A stretch of DNA of 32,000 nucleotides from Candidatus Jordarchaeales archaeon. Its GTDB lineage: Archaea > Asgardarchaeota > Jordiarchaeia > Jordiarchaeales > Freyrarchaeaceae. The position numbers and the translations under genes were made by a program. Location: assembly GCA_038889235.1 (NCBI GenBank), contig JAWAHN010000001.1, positions 312,403 to 344,402 on the forward strand, written 5' to 3'. The notes under the pieces are model-generated. The model ran no database searches, was not told the DNA's origin, and worked only from the letters and a program-made list of their open reading frames with translations. Shown one piece after another: positions 19,874 to 29,100 of the stretch (the first letter of the stretch is position 1; every line of letters begins with the position of its first letter).

Positions 19874-21444
19874 CAGCTGGATTGCACGACACGATAGTCG
19901 TCTTGGACTTCGGGGGACAATACACACACCTCATATCGAGGAGGGTTAGAGAGCTTAGAGTGTACTCTGAGATATTGCCCTTCAACGTTGACTTACGTGA
20001 GCTTGAAGCGAGGAGGGTTAAGGGAATCATACTCTCCGGCGGCCCTAGAAGCGTTTACGAGGAGGGGGGGCCGAAAGTTGGCCCAGAGTTTTTCGAGTGG
20101 TGTGAGAAAAGGGGGGTGCCCGTCCTCGGGATATGTTACGGTCACCAGCTCATAGCCCATGTTCTCGGCGGGGAGGTGGAGAGAGGTGAGAAAAGGGAGT
20201 ACGGCAGAACAATACTCTACGTCGAGGAGGAGGATGAGCTCTTCAAGGGGCTTAATGTGGTTGAAACCGTCTGGATGAGCCACGGTGACAGCGTCGCGAA
20301 ACTTCCCGAAGGGTTCAAGGTGTTGGGGAGGACGGAGAAGACGCCCATCGCCGCCTATGCGAACCCGGAGAAAAGGGTTTTTGGGGTTCAGTTTCACCCC
20401 GAGGTCTCCCACACGTCTAAGGGGTTGAAGATACTTGAGAACTTCGTTTTCGGGATATGTGGATGCAAGCCGACGTGGACTGTTGAAAACTGGGTTGAGG
20501 AGATAGTTAACGGTGTAAGGGAGATGTTGAAGGAGGAGGGGAACATCATAATGGCTGTGAGCGGCGGCGTCGACTCAACGGTTGCAGCAACGATAATACA
20601 TATGGCTGCCGGGGAAAGGCTCCACTGCGTCTTCGTCGACAACGGACTCTTGAGGAGAGGCGAGGCGGAGGAGGTGGTTAAAACATTCAGGGAGAAGCTG
20701 GGGTTCAAAAACTTCCACGTCGTTGACGCGGGCGACCTATTTCTAGAAAGGCTGAAGGGTGTCACAGACCCCGAGGAGAAGAGGAGGATAATAGCGCACA
20801 CATTCATAGAGGTCTTCGAGAAAAAGGCGGCGGAGCTGGAGGAGAAGTACGGCAAGTTCAAGTTCCTGGGACAGGGAACAATATACCCTGACAGGGTGGA
20901 GTCGGCCGCCACGAGCCAGGCCGCCGCCAGAATAAAATCCCACCACAACGTAACCCTCCCGGAGAAGATGACGTTGAAAGTCGTGGAGCCTCTGGCCTCA
21001 CTCTACAAGGACGAGGTTAGGAGGCTGGGGGAGAAGTTGGGGATACCGCGGGAGGTCCTCTGGAGGCACCCCTTCCCCGGTCCAAGCCTAGCGGTGAGAG
21101 TGCTGGGGGAGGTTACTAGGGAGAAGCTTGAGATCGTTAGGGCGGCTGACGCCATAGTGGAGGAGGAAATCAGGAGAGCGGGGGTCTACGAGAAGCTCTG
21201 GCAGGCGTTCGCAGTTCTCCTTCCGGTTAAAGCCGTGGGTGTGATGGGGGACGCCAGGACTTACGAGTATGTCGTGGCCGTTAGGGCTGTCGAGAGCACG
21301 GATGCCATGACGGCGAACTTCGCCAAGTTGGACTGGAACCTACTAGAAAGGATAGCGTCGAGGATAGTCAACGAGGTTAAGGGAGTAAACAGGGTGGTCT
21401 ACGACATAACAAACAAGCCGCCCGCAACCATAGAGTGGGAGTAA
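19870..21444 (+). CDS. guaA: GMP synthase (glutamine-hydrolysing), fused GATase plus synthetase
   Basis: LDFGGQYTHLISRR, GICYGHQ, QFHPEV, SGGVDS, HPFPGP and YDITNKPPATIEWE. GTG start overlaps the DUF47 stop codon. Confidence 0.98.
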   Translation: MTAGLHDTIVVLDFGGQYTHLISRRVRELRVYSEILPFNVDLRELEARRVKGIILSGGPRSVYEEGGPKVGPEFFEWCEKRGVPVLGICYGHQLIAHVLGGEVERGEKREYGRTILYVEEEDELFKGLNVVETVWMSHGDSVAKLPEGFKVLGRTEKTPIAAYANPEKRVFGVQFHPEVSHTSKGLKILENFVFGICGCKPTWTVENWVEEIVNGVREMLKEEGNIIMAVSGGVDSTVAATIIHMAAGERLHCVFVDNGLLRRGEAEEVVKTFREKLGFKNFHVVDAGDLFLERLKGVTDPEEKRRIIAHTFIEVFEKKAAELEEKYGKFKFLGQGTIYPDRVESAATSQAAARIKSHHNVTLPEKMTLKVVEPLASLYKDEVRRLGEKLGIPREVLWRHPFPGPSLAVRVLGEVTREKLEIVRAADAIVEEEIRRAGVYEKLWQAFAVLLPVKAVGVMGDARTYEYVVAVRAVESTDAMTANFAKLDWNLLERIASRIVNEVKGVNRVVYDITNKPPATIEWE

Positions 21445-21456
21445 AAAGAGGAGGGC

Positions 21457-21678
21457 TTAAAAGGGGAGCCCTTGCCTCAATTTCTCGAGCTTCTTCTGCT
21501 TCTTTAACTCCTTCTTAACCTGTTTGTAGTGCTTTTCGCACAGGTAAACCCGTCTCCCGCTCGAGGACAGCGAGAAGCCAGCCTTGGGCGCGACGCCGGC
21601 CACCTCGTCCTGTGGTAAAGACCTAGCAGCGGGGGATTCGCAGCCCGCAACACTGCAGGAGCGCTTCACGAAAACCAT
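21457..21678 (-). CDS. Small conserved-type archaeal Zn-finger-like protein
   Basis: CSVAGC...RRVYLCEKHY then a Lys-rich helix; C-x4-C...C-x2-H ligand set. Confidence 0.75.
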   Translation of the reverse strand: MVFVKRSCSVAGCESPAARSLPQDEVAGVAPKAGFSLSSSGRRVYLCEKHYKQVKKELKKQKKLEKLRQGLPF

Positions 21679-21843
21679 TCCTCCTCAGCCATACATCCTG
21701 AGAAAACCTGGATCCTGATTGGGCTCACGCACTTCCTGGAGGGGCTCAGTAAATCTAATGCGGTAAGACGGCATTTTAAAATTTTGGTAAAAGAAAAAGA
21801 AGTCGGGTCGCGCTGAGAGTTCTGGTTTCACGCCTGTTCCCGT

Positions 21844-22542
21844 TCACCTACCTGGCAGGTTTCTCCGCTCGCGGATGCTTCCAAGCATGTTCTTCAGCTC
21901 GAACCACTTCTTCTCGGCTTCATCGAAGGACATCAGCTTTTCAGCGAACTCCTCTTCACCCTCAAGGTAGAGGGCATAGGCTATAACTGCGACGTCGTAG
22001 CCGCCTAGTAGGTCCCTGTTCTTAGCTGCGGCTTCGTACGCCCCCCGGGGGTGGACGGCCACCATGTCCCTCCAGTTGGTCTCCCTTGTGTAGTCGCAGG
22101 TCAGCGTGAACTCGTATGGTCCACCCGGGTCCGCGAACTCGTGTGCGCTCAGCCAGGGTATCCTGGCGTTAAGCTTGACGGCGAGGTCGAAGAGATGCTT
22201 GTCGGAGAGACGCTTCACCAGGCTGCCGAAGACGTCGAGGAAGGCGCCAGCTTTTTCAGCGACACTGGAGCCCGGGAGGTCTTCATCGCTCGCCTTAACC
22301 AGTTCGTCCACCACCAGCCTACCCAGCTCTTCGGCTAGGGTGAGCACTCTTTCGAACTTCTCTTCTTCCACAGGGTTTCGCTTCCTAAGCTCCTCTAGGT
22401 CAACGGACCTAACGAGGTCGACGATCTCGCCACCGAGAAGCTCCCTAATTCTCTCCTCGTAGTCCTCGTCGACAAACCAGTCCCTGCTAGTCTTCCGCCT
22501 GCCACCTGCACGGCCCTCACTCATGGAAACCAGCCCCTGCAA
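21844..22542 (-). CDS. Hypothetical acidic helical protein
   Basis: 232-aa ORF with coding-like composition. A TATA box about 25 nt upstream of TTG 22542 would allow leaderless initiation; ATG 22524 is an alternative start. Confidence 0.75.
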   Translation of the reverse strand: MQGLVSMSEGRAGGRRKTSRDWFVDEDYEERIRELLGGEIVDLVRSVDLEELRKRNPVEEEKFERVLTLAEELGRLVVDELVKASDEDLPGSSVAEKAGAFLDVFGSLVKRLSDKHLFDLAVKLNARIPWLSAHEFADPGGPYEFTLTCDYTRETNWRDMVAVHPRGAYEAAAKNRDLLGGYDVAVIAYALYLEGEEEFAEKLMSFDEAEKKWFELKNMLGSIRERRNLPGR

Positions 22543-22557
22543 GCTGACCTAGGAGGA

Positions 22558-22581
22558 GGGAAGCTATATAAGTCGCTTCCC
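22558..22581 (-). promoter_or_regulatory. TATA box enclosed in a 7-bp inverted repeat
   Basis: Plus strand GGGAAGC-TATATAAGTC-GCTTCCC; reads CTTATATAG on the minus strand. Confidence 0.5.
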
Positions 22582-22585
22582 CCCT

Positions 22586-23563
22586 TCAACCCGGCTTCCC
22601 GGAGAGGGAGTCCACTCTGAAGTCGAAAACCTCCACCTCGCGCCGTCCATCTGTCAGAAGCAGTTTCTTGCCCGCCGTCACCTCTCCAACCACAGAGGCG
22701 GCCACCCCTCTATCCTCGAATATCTTAACACACTTGCCGGCGTTCTCCTGTCTGGAGGTTAAAACAACTCCGAACCCGGGGTAAGCCCTCACCCACCTCT
22801 CAATTTCAACCCCTCTAGGCGCGGGTATCGCTCTAACGTCGACTACGCCGCCGACGCCGCTCGCCTCAAGCATCATCGCCAGTGTTCCTATGATCCCCGG
22901 GTTGCTCACATCTTTCGCCGCAGTCGCCAGCCCGGCTTCTGCGATAGCCCACATCGAGGAGAGTCTCGCCCTCACCTCCCCAGGCGTCCTCCACAACGTG
23001 GTGTCCCAGGCATAGGGGAACCTCTCGTGGAACCTCCCGTCGACGTCGACGGCGAAGACTATCCTGTCCCCTGGGGAGGCGGTGTCGCTGAACACTACCT
23101 TACTCTTATCGACGAGACCGGCTACGGCGACGGAGAGCTCGTCGGACGGAGCGTCGGGTTGAAGGTGGCCTCCAACCACGGGAACGGAGAACTTCCTGCA
23201 ACCGTAGGAGAGCCCCTTGAGGAGGAGGGATGCTTTACCCCAGTCTCGCACGTTAAGCGAGTCTAGAAGGGCTACGGGGCGTCCCCCCTTAGATACTACG
23301 TCGTTAACGTTGACTAGCACAGAGCAGTAGCCGGCGAAGAACGGGTCGGAGTCCACTAGGACGTGCCACATGCTGTCGACGGCTAGGAGAAGGTACTCTC
23401 CCCACCCGACGTCGAGCACAGCAGCGTCCTCTCCAAAGCCTCGCACCACGAAGCTCGAAAACTCGAGCGTCTCCTTCAGGAGGGATGTAACTTTGCGGAT
23501 GTCCCTCTTGCGCGCCACGCCCTCGAAGCTCCTAACCGAGAGAGCTATAGATTCGATGTCCAA
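22586..23563 (-). CDS. AIR synthase-related (PurM/SelD superfamily) protein, methanogenesis marker 2/Sll0787-like
   Basis: GEDAAV, AGYCSVLVNVNDV..KGGRP, GGH, WDTT, KDVSNPGIIGTL and W...YPGFG. TTG start at 23563 after GGTGG; the longer ORF-track start would lie inside the tRNA. Confidence 0.85.
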   Translation of the reverse strand: MDIESIALSVRSFEGVARKRDIRKVTSLLKETLEFSSFVVRGFGEDAAVLDVGWGEYLLLAVDSMWHVLVDSDPFFAGYCSVLVNVNDVVSKGGRPVALLDSLNVRDWGKASLLLKGLSYGCRKFSVPVVGGHLQPDAPSDELSVAVAGLVDKSKVVFSDTASPGDRIVFAVDVDGRFHERFPYAWDTTLWRTPGEVRARLSSMWAIAEAGLATAAKDVSNPGIIGTLAMMLEASGVGGVVDVRAIPAPRGVEIERWVRAYPGFGVVLTSRQENAGKCVKIFEDRGVAASVVGEVTAGKKLLLTDGRREVEVFDFRVDSLSGKPG

Positions 23564-23592
23564 AAGCCCACCGTCCCTAGTTAGAACGAGAT

Positions 23593-23735
23593 TGGCGGCG
23601 GGCTGGGGGATTGCCGCCCGCAAGGGGCATCGAACCCCGAACCCTCACCGGGTTCCTCGGATCTCTCCTCTAGTTTGAAGTCCGAGGCAGGGGACTGGGC
23701 GGGGAATTAGGCCTCCACCCCCGCTGCAGCCCGCC
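23593..23735 (-). tRNA. selC: tRNA-Sec (anticodon UCA) with three introns (23714-23695, 23674-23663, 23628-23611)
   Basis: Spliced 93-nt product: GGCGGGCTG CA GCGGGGG TGGT CCCCTGC CTCGGA CTTCAAA TCCGAG GAACCC GGTGA GGGTTC GGGG TTCGATT CCCC CAGCCCGCC G CCA. It has a 9-bp acceptor, 7-bp D stem, 6-bp anticodon stem, long variable arm, 4-bp T stem, G73 and encoded CCA. Each intron forms a BHB/BHL motif with consistent cut sites. Confidence 0.93.
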
Positions 23736-23762
23736 ACCAGGAAAAACAACCAGCAAAAACAC

Positions 23763-23776
23763 CTTATAAACCCTTC
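23763..23776 (-). promoter_or_regulatory. BRE/TATA promoter of the tRNA-Sec transcript
   Basis: Minus strand GAAGGG-TTTATAAG ends 28 nt upstream of the mature tRNA 5' end. Confidence 0.7.
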
Positions 23777-23850
23777 AATAACAAGAAGGCAACACAAAAA
23801 GTGAAAAAGGAAAAAGCGGTGAGTGAGGAAGGTAATGGAAGGGTGCTTTC

Positions 23851-25710
23851 TTAGAGTTTTCCGGCCGCTTCGTCCAGGGTTTTCTTCCAGAGTTCGCCGA
23901 CGACGCCCTTGTACCTCTCTTCTTCTTGCTTGTATATGTCTTCAACCGGTTTCCCTTCCATCTTCCTTTTCTCCTCTTCGACTAGTAGGCGTCTCCACGC
24001 CTTGCCCACGTAGGTCTTCGGTATTGAGTCGCGGAATTCGACTATCCTCGGGTACTTGTACGCTGCCAGGCGCTTCTTGCACCACTCTATTATCTCTTCC
24101 TCGGTGACTTTGCCCTTGTACTCGGGACGCAGGACGATGAAGGCCTTTATGTTCTCGCCCACAGCTGGGTCGGGAACGCCTACGACGACCGCTTCTAGGA
24201 CCGCTGGGTGCTGGTAGAGCACCTCTTCAACCTCCCTCGGGAACACCTGGTACCCCTTGTACTTTATCATGTCCTTCTTGCGGTCCACGATGTAGAAGTA
24301 GCCGTCCTCGTCCATCCTGGCGAAGTCACCCGTCCTCAGCCACTTTATGCCGTCAAGCTCGAAGAACACTTTCTTGTTCTCCTCTGGCCTATTCCAGTAA
24401 CCTTTCATAACTTGCGGCCCAGCTACGACTAGCTCTCCGACTTCTCCCATTGGGAGAAGCTTGTTCTCCTCTGGGTCAGCTATTGCAGCGAGGGTTCCGG
24501 GGAGCGGGATGCCTATCGAGCCGATCTTCCTAAGCCCCCTAGGTGGTGGCGTGTTGACGTGTGTCACAGGACATGCTTCGGTCAGCCCGTACCCTTCAAG
24601 TATGGGGACCCCTGTGATGCTCTCAAACTTCCTCGCCACCTCCACTGGGAGGGCGAATGCACCACTCGACACGAACTTCAGCGACGACAAGTCGTACTTG
24701 TTTATATCCGGGTGCTCGACCATGTTAAGGAATATCAATGGGACTGCCGGGAAGACGTTCACCTTGTACTTCTGTATGGCTTTCAAGATCTCCTTTGTTT
24801 CCGGAACGGGTAGGATCACTATGGTTGCCCCGCCGAGCAACGGGAGGTTCATACCAGTGGTCTGCCCGTAAATGTGGAACCAGGGTATCACCGCCAGCGT
24901 AACCAGCTTTGCCCCGCGCATGAAAGCGCTCCTCATCCACTCCTCAAGCTGCCTGCACTGGGATACTATGTTGAAGTGGGTTAGCATGGCTCCCTTAGGG
25001 GTACCTGTGGTGCCTCCAGTGTACTGGATCACTGCGACGTCTTCTTTCGGGTTTATCTCCACCTTTGGGGGTTCTATAGGGCCGCCTGCAAGCGTCTCAA
25101 TATTAAGTAAGTCCATGAAAGTGTACCTGTTCGGGGCGCTTGGCACGCGAACTGAAGGAATGCGCCCTATGAGCTTGCCCAGAGACTTCACTGTTCCCTG
25201 CAACATGTCGCCTACATTTGTTACGACCTCGAACTTTAAGTTCAGTCTGTCGCGCACTGGTAGAACTCTTTCGACGAAAAGCACGTCCATGGATATGAGT
25301 GCGGAAGCGCCGGAGTCGTTGATTTCGAACTCTATCTCGCTCGACGTCAACAGGGGGCTTAGCGGGACAACTGTGCCACCGATAGCCAACGTCGCGTAGT
25401 AGCTTATGACGAACTGAGGCGAGTTAGGCAGCAAGAGCGCTACGCGGTCACCTTTTTCTATGCCCAGGAAGTGCAGCGCCGCAGCCATCTTCCTGACGTA
25501 TTCCCCGAGCTCGGCGTACGTTATCTTCCGTGTGATGAAAATCAACGCATCCCTGTCGGCGAAGTCCTCGCAGCTCCTCCTGAACATCTCATACAACGAC
25601 ACACCCTTTGACCGCATGGCCAGCATCGGATCCATGGGAACGGTCTCGTCTGCGTAGAACTCAACCCAGGGCATGTTTCTAACGTAGTCCGGCAGCTCAC
25701 TCACCACCAT
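23851..25710 (-). CDS. Long-chain-fatty-acid--CoA ligase (FadD-like AMP-binding enzyme)
   Basis: QYTGGTTGTPKG, GYGLTE, WLRTGD, DRKKDMIKYKG and YKYPR motifs. Confidence 0.94.
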   Translation of the reverse strand: MVVSELPDYVRNMPWVEFYADETVPMDPMLAMRSKGVSLYEMFRRSCEDFADRDALIFITRKITYAELGEYVRKMAAALHFLGIEKGDRVALLLPNSPQFVISYYATLAIGGTVVPLSPLLTSSEIEFEINDSGASALISMDVLFVERVLPVRDRLNLKFEVVTNVGDMLQGTVKSLGKLIGRIPSVRVPSAPNRYTFMDLLNIETLAGGPIEPPKVEINPKEDVAVIQYTGGTTGTPKGAMLTHFNIVSQCRQLEEWMRSAFMRGAKLVTLAVIPWFHIYGQTTGMNLPLLGGATIVILPVPETKEILKAIQKYKVNVFPAVPLIFLNMVEHPDINKYDLSSLKFVSSGAFALPVEVARKFESITGVPILEGYGLTEACPVTHVNTPPPRGLRKIGSIGIPLPGTLAAIADPEENKLLPMGEVGELVVAGPQVMKGYWNRPEENKKVFFELDGIKWLRTGDFARMDEDGYFYIVDRKKDMIKYKGYQVFPREVEEVLYQHPAVLEAVVVGVPDPAVGENIKAFIVLRPEYKGKVTEEEIIEWCKKRLAAYKYPRIVEFRDSIPKTYVGKAWRRLLVEEEKRKMEGKPVEDIYKQEEERYKGVVGELWKKTLDEAAGKL

Positions 25711-25751
25711 CCACCTCCTCCCTTTTTTATTTACTTGTGGCTTTGGAGGCT

Positions 25752-26021
25752 TTAGCCTCCCTCCCTTGCTCTAACTTTCCTCCTTAACGTGAATAATTTA
25801 AAGCTTCCGTACCACTCTATGAGTATCCCCAACGCCAGTAGGGCCACTAGAGCCGCATTTATCGATATTCCACTCCCAGTGAGTGTCTCGAAAAGCACTA
25901 CTGGGAGGGAAGTCGTAACTAGGCGATAGAAGAAGAACGCCAGTACAACAATAATCCATATCCACCCTAACACTCTAAGACCCATGTAGTAGCGGAGCAT
26001 GAAAACCTCTTTAGACATCAT
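25752..26021 (-). CDS. Small two-TM membrane protein, hypothetical
   Basis: GGAGGTG SD, two hydrophobic segments and a basic C-terminus; begins 79 nt downstream of the large surface protein. Confidence 0.75.
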   Translation of the reverse strand: MMSKEVFMLRYYMGLRVLGWIWIIVVLAFFFYRLVTTSLPVVLFETLTGSGISINAALVALLALGILIEWYGSFKLFTLRRKVRAREGG

Positions 26022-26100
26022 TTAACACCTCCCATAGGTTGCTTCCGCGAAGACAGCTAAAAACAAAAAAATGGAGGAATAAAAGTGGAGTAAGAGTGCT

Positions 26101-29100
26101 CTAGGAGTTAATCCTTGTTCGCTGCTTCCTGAGTCGTGACATGCGGATTCTTCTGGTTCGTCGCAGCCTCCGCGACAGGAACTTGTCGTGCCATGACTTG
26201 AACCACATCGGCAGCTTCTTTCTTTGCTGTTGTAATGCGAGCTCGACACTTGCCATCCTGCTGGCTGGCCGACTTACGGCGTTGAAAATGCTTTCGCGCG
26301 TCTTCATGGCTGCATATCTCGTTAACGATGCCGTGAGCCTTGCAGCGTTGGAGAGGCGTGTTCTAGTTCTGTAGTAGAGCATGTAGGCTCTGGTCTCAGG
26401 AGCGAAGTACTTCTTCTGCACCCTCCGAGCGGCTCTGCCCGCGGCGAGAGCCACTGGTGGAACGATGATCCTGGCAACTATGGCGCCTATCAACGCGAAC
26501 ATAGCTAGGTTCAGTGGGGAGAGCGCTAAGGCTAAGGATGGTAGGGATAGCGGTCCAGCTGATGTGAGCGCTGAGGCGGACTGCATCGCCACGGTCGAGC
26601 CAACACCTATCAATGGCGCTGTGAAAGCATTCAGTGCACCGACTATCTCCGTCGTCCCCGTTATGATGACATTGTTGGGTGTCACTGTCATAGTTCCCTC
26701 AATGTTTGTCGATCCAACTATCATTGATTGAGCCATCGTCACTTGGCCGAAGGTGAACATCGGGTTTATGAGCATTGACGCTGGGAGCGACTGAGACATT
26801 AAGATCTGCATGAGTCCTCTGACAAGCGTCGCACCGTAAGTTATGGTTGGAGCCATTATAAGCGTGGTTCCGCTTATCCTAGCGTTACTCAGCGTGAGGG
26901 TGCCAGTGGACTCTATGTCACCCATTATCTTCACGCTGCACGCTATCTCTGTGCCCGCCTTGGTCACCTTCAACACGCCGTTAACGACGTCGATCCTGCC
27001 GTCACGTATAACCGTTGAGCCGCTCGTAACCAGGCTGCTGGCAGTGAGCGAAACGGTGCCCGTTAATAGGTTGTTGGTGTTCATACTGCCCGAAAGCTCG
27101 ACATGGCCAGTTATCTTCGATGAGCCAGACATCTCGATGATTTCGCCGTTCATCGTCGCGTTGCCCATAATAGTCAACGTACCGCTAACCCTCAGGCTTC
27201 CATCTACCCTGACACAGCCGTCGATAAGTATGCCGGAGACACCTATATCCGTGGTGCTATCGGTCATTGTTAGGCTGCCGTTTATGAGTTGGCTGCCTTC
27301 GACCTCGATCACTCCTGAAGCAGCCATGACAGCGTTCCTCAGAACGCTCACACCGTTAACATCGGAGTCACCAACAGACATGAGCGAGCCGCTTATCAGG
27401 TTTCTGCCGCTTATTGTAATTACACCGCTGATTACACTGGACTCGCCGCCCATCCTTATGCCGCCACCAGTAACTTCCGAGAAGCCATTTAATGTTTCAA
27501 TAGAACCAGACTCAACCCTCATGGAAGTGGACGGAAGGGCGACTATTTCGATAGTCCCTTCGATGACGTTGCGTGTGCCGTTCATAACGATGCCGCCGCT
27601 TGTGATGACTGAAGAGCCACCCTCCATGCTAATTGAGCCAAGCAGAACCTTCATCGAGGTAAGCGGGGCAACACTTATCTCTATACTGCTACCCCTTATG
27701 ACGCTTGAGTCACCGCCCATCTTAATATAGTCGCCAGCAACCTCCACGTAACCATTCTCGGTTTCAATGGAACCAGACACGATACTCATCGAAGTAGGCA
27801 AAATTTCCATCTTTATACTCTCGCCTTCCATCGTTAGATCCCCAGTCACCTTAAGCCTGCCCTCGATCCTAAGGCCACCAGAAACCTCTGTAGTTCCAGT
27901 CACAAAGATACCCGAAGAGTTAACCTGCATCCCTCCCCCGCTCATGGTTAGGCTGCCGTTTATGAGTTGACTGCCTTCGACCTCGATCACTCCTGAAGCA
28001 GCCATGACAGCGTTCCTCAGAACGCTCACACCGTTAACATCGGAGTCACCAACAGACATGAGCGAGCCCACAATCTTCATCTTGCCGTTTATTGAAACCA
28101 CACCGCTGATAACAGAGTCGCCAGACAACTGGACTAAGTCAGCTGAGATATAAGATGACCCTGAAGGCATACTGATATTACCCTGCACCTCGAAAACATA
28201 CCTCCTACCCGCACCGTAATCCCTCTCCAGCAGGAGAGAACCCGTGAGGTTCATACCGCAAGTACTAATGACTGTTGAAACAGGATACTCTTGGTAACCA
28301 TTAACAGTAACCGTGGCACCACTACTGATTTCTTGGCCATCAGATATAACCTCGGCATTACTCATGGATATGCTGCTCGCATTTCGCACCCACATATAGC
28401 TATTACATCCCCAGGAAGCGGTAAAGACATTCAAAGCTTCAATGTGAACCAGGGGACTGGTAACACTACCGGAACCATTGATTTTAAGTCCAGCTTGGAC
28501 CCCCGTTGAACCACCATAAAAAGTCATCGCAACAGTCGAGTTAGATCTAAGCATGAACCTGCTATTGTTAAGAAGCACCACGCTCCCGTCAAGCAAAATC
28601 ATAGGATTAATCCCCTGACCGGTCCAAGTCTCCCAAGAGGTCCCAGCAGACCACCGCATCAAAGCAATATCAATGTAATAATTATTACCAGTAGCTTTCT
28701 CAATAATAAGATCATCTAAATCTATAGTTTGAATTCCAATACCTAGAACCTCGAATCGGATACTTGGAAGCTTTCCGTCTTCGGCAAGCTTGCTGAAATT
28801 AGCGATTCCATTATAGCTGGTAAGTGAAACTACATTGCTACCAATCCACTCTTCCGATATTATTCCGGGTACTTCGATGTCGAATTTTACATGTGTGCAG
28901 TTAATTGTAATTACTACGTCGGCTGTAGCTCCTATTTGGACTCTAAGGAGTCGACTGAGGAGACTGATCAGCCCGCCTGCTTCATTGTATTCTTTAGTGC
29001 TGATAATTAATGTCCCCTGGAGCACTCGTATAGCAGTTCTGGTGTCTGACCTGATTAGTCTAGTGCTATTTAACAGATCGCCTATGAGTCCACCTGCATT

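Noticed and set aside
21679-21774. In-frame TGA upstream of the Zn-finger gene (..RMYG-TGA-GG-MVFVKR) as a possible selenocysteine
   Set aside because: The upstream peptide is not protein-like, GAGGAGG is better explained as an SD, and no SECIS-like element was found.
23564-23623. ORF-track N-terminal extension (MRAAIPQPAAN...) of the AIR synthase-like gene
   Set aside because: It lies inside the tRNA-Sec gene; TTG 23563 has an SD and matches the family N-terminus.
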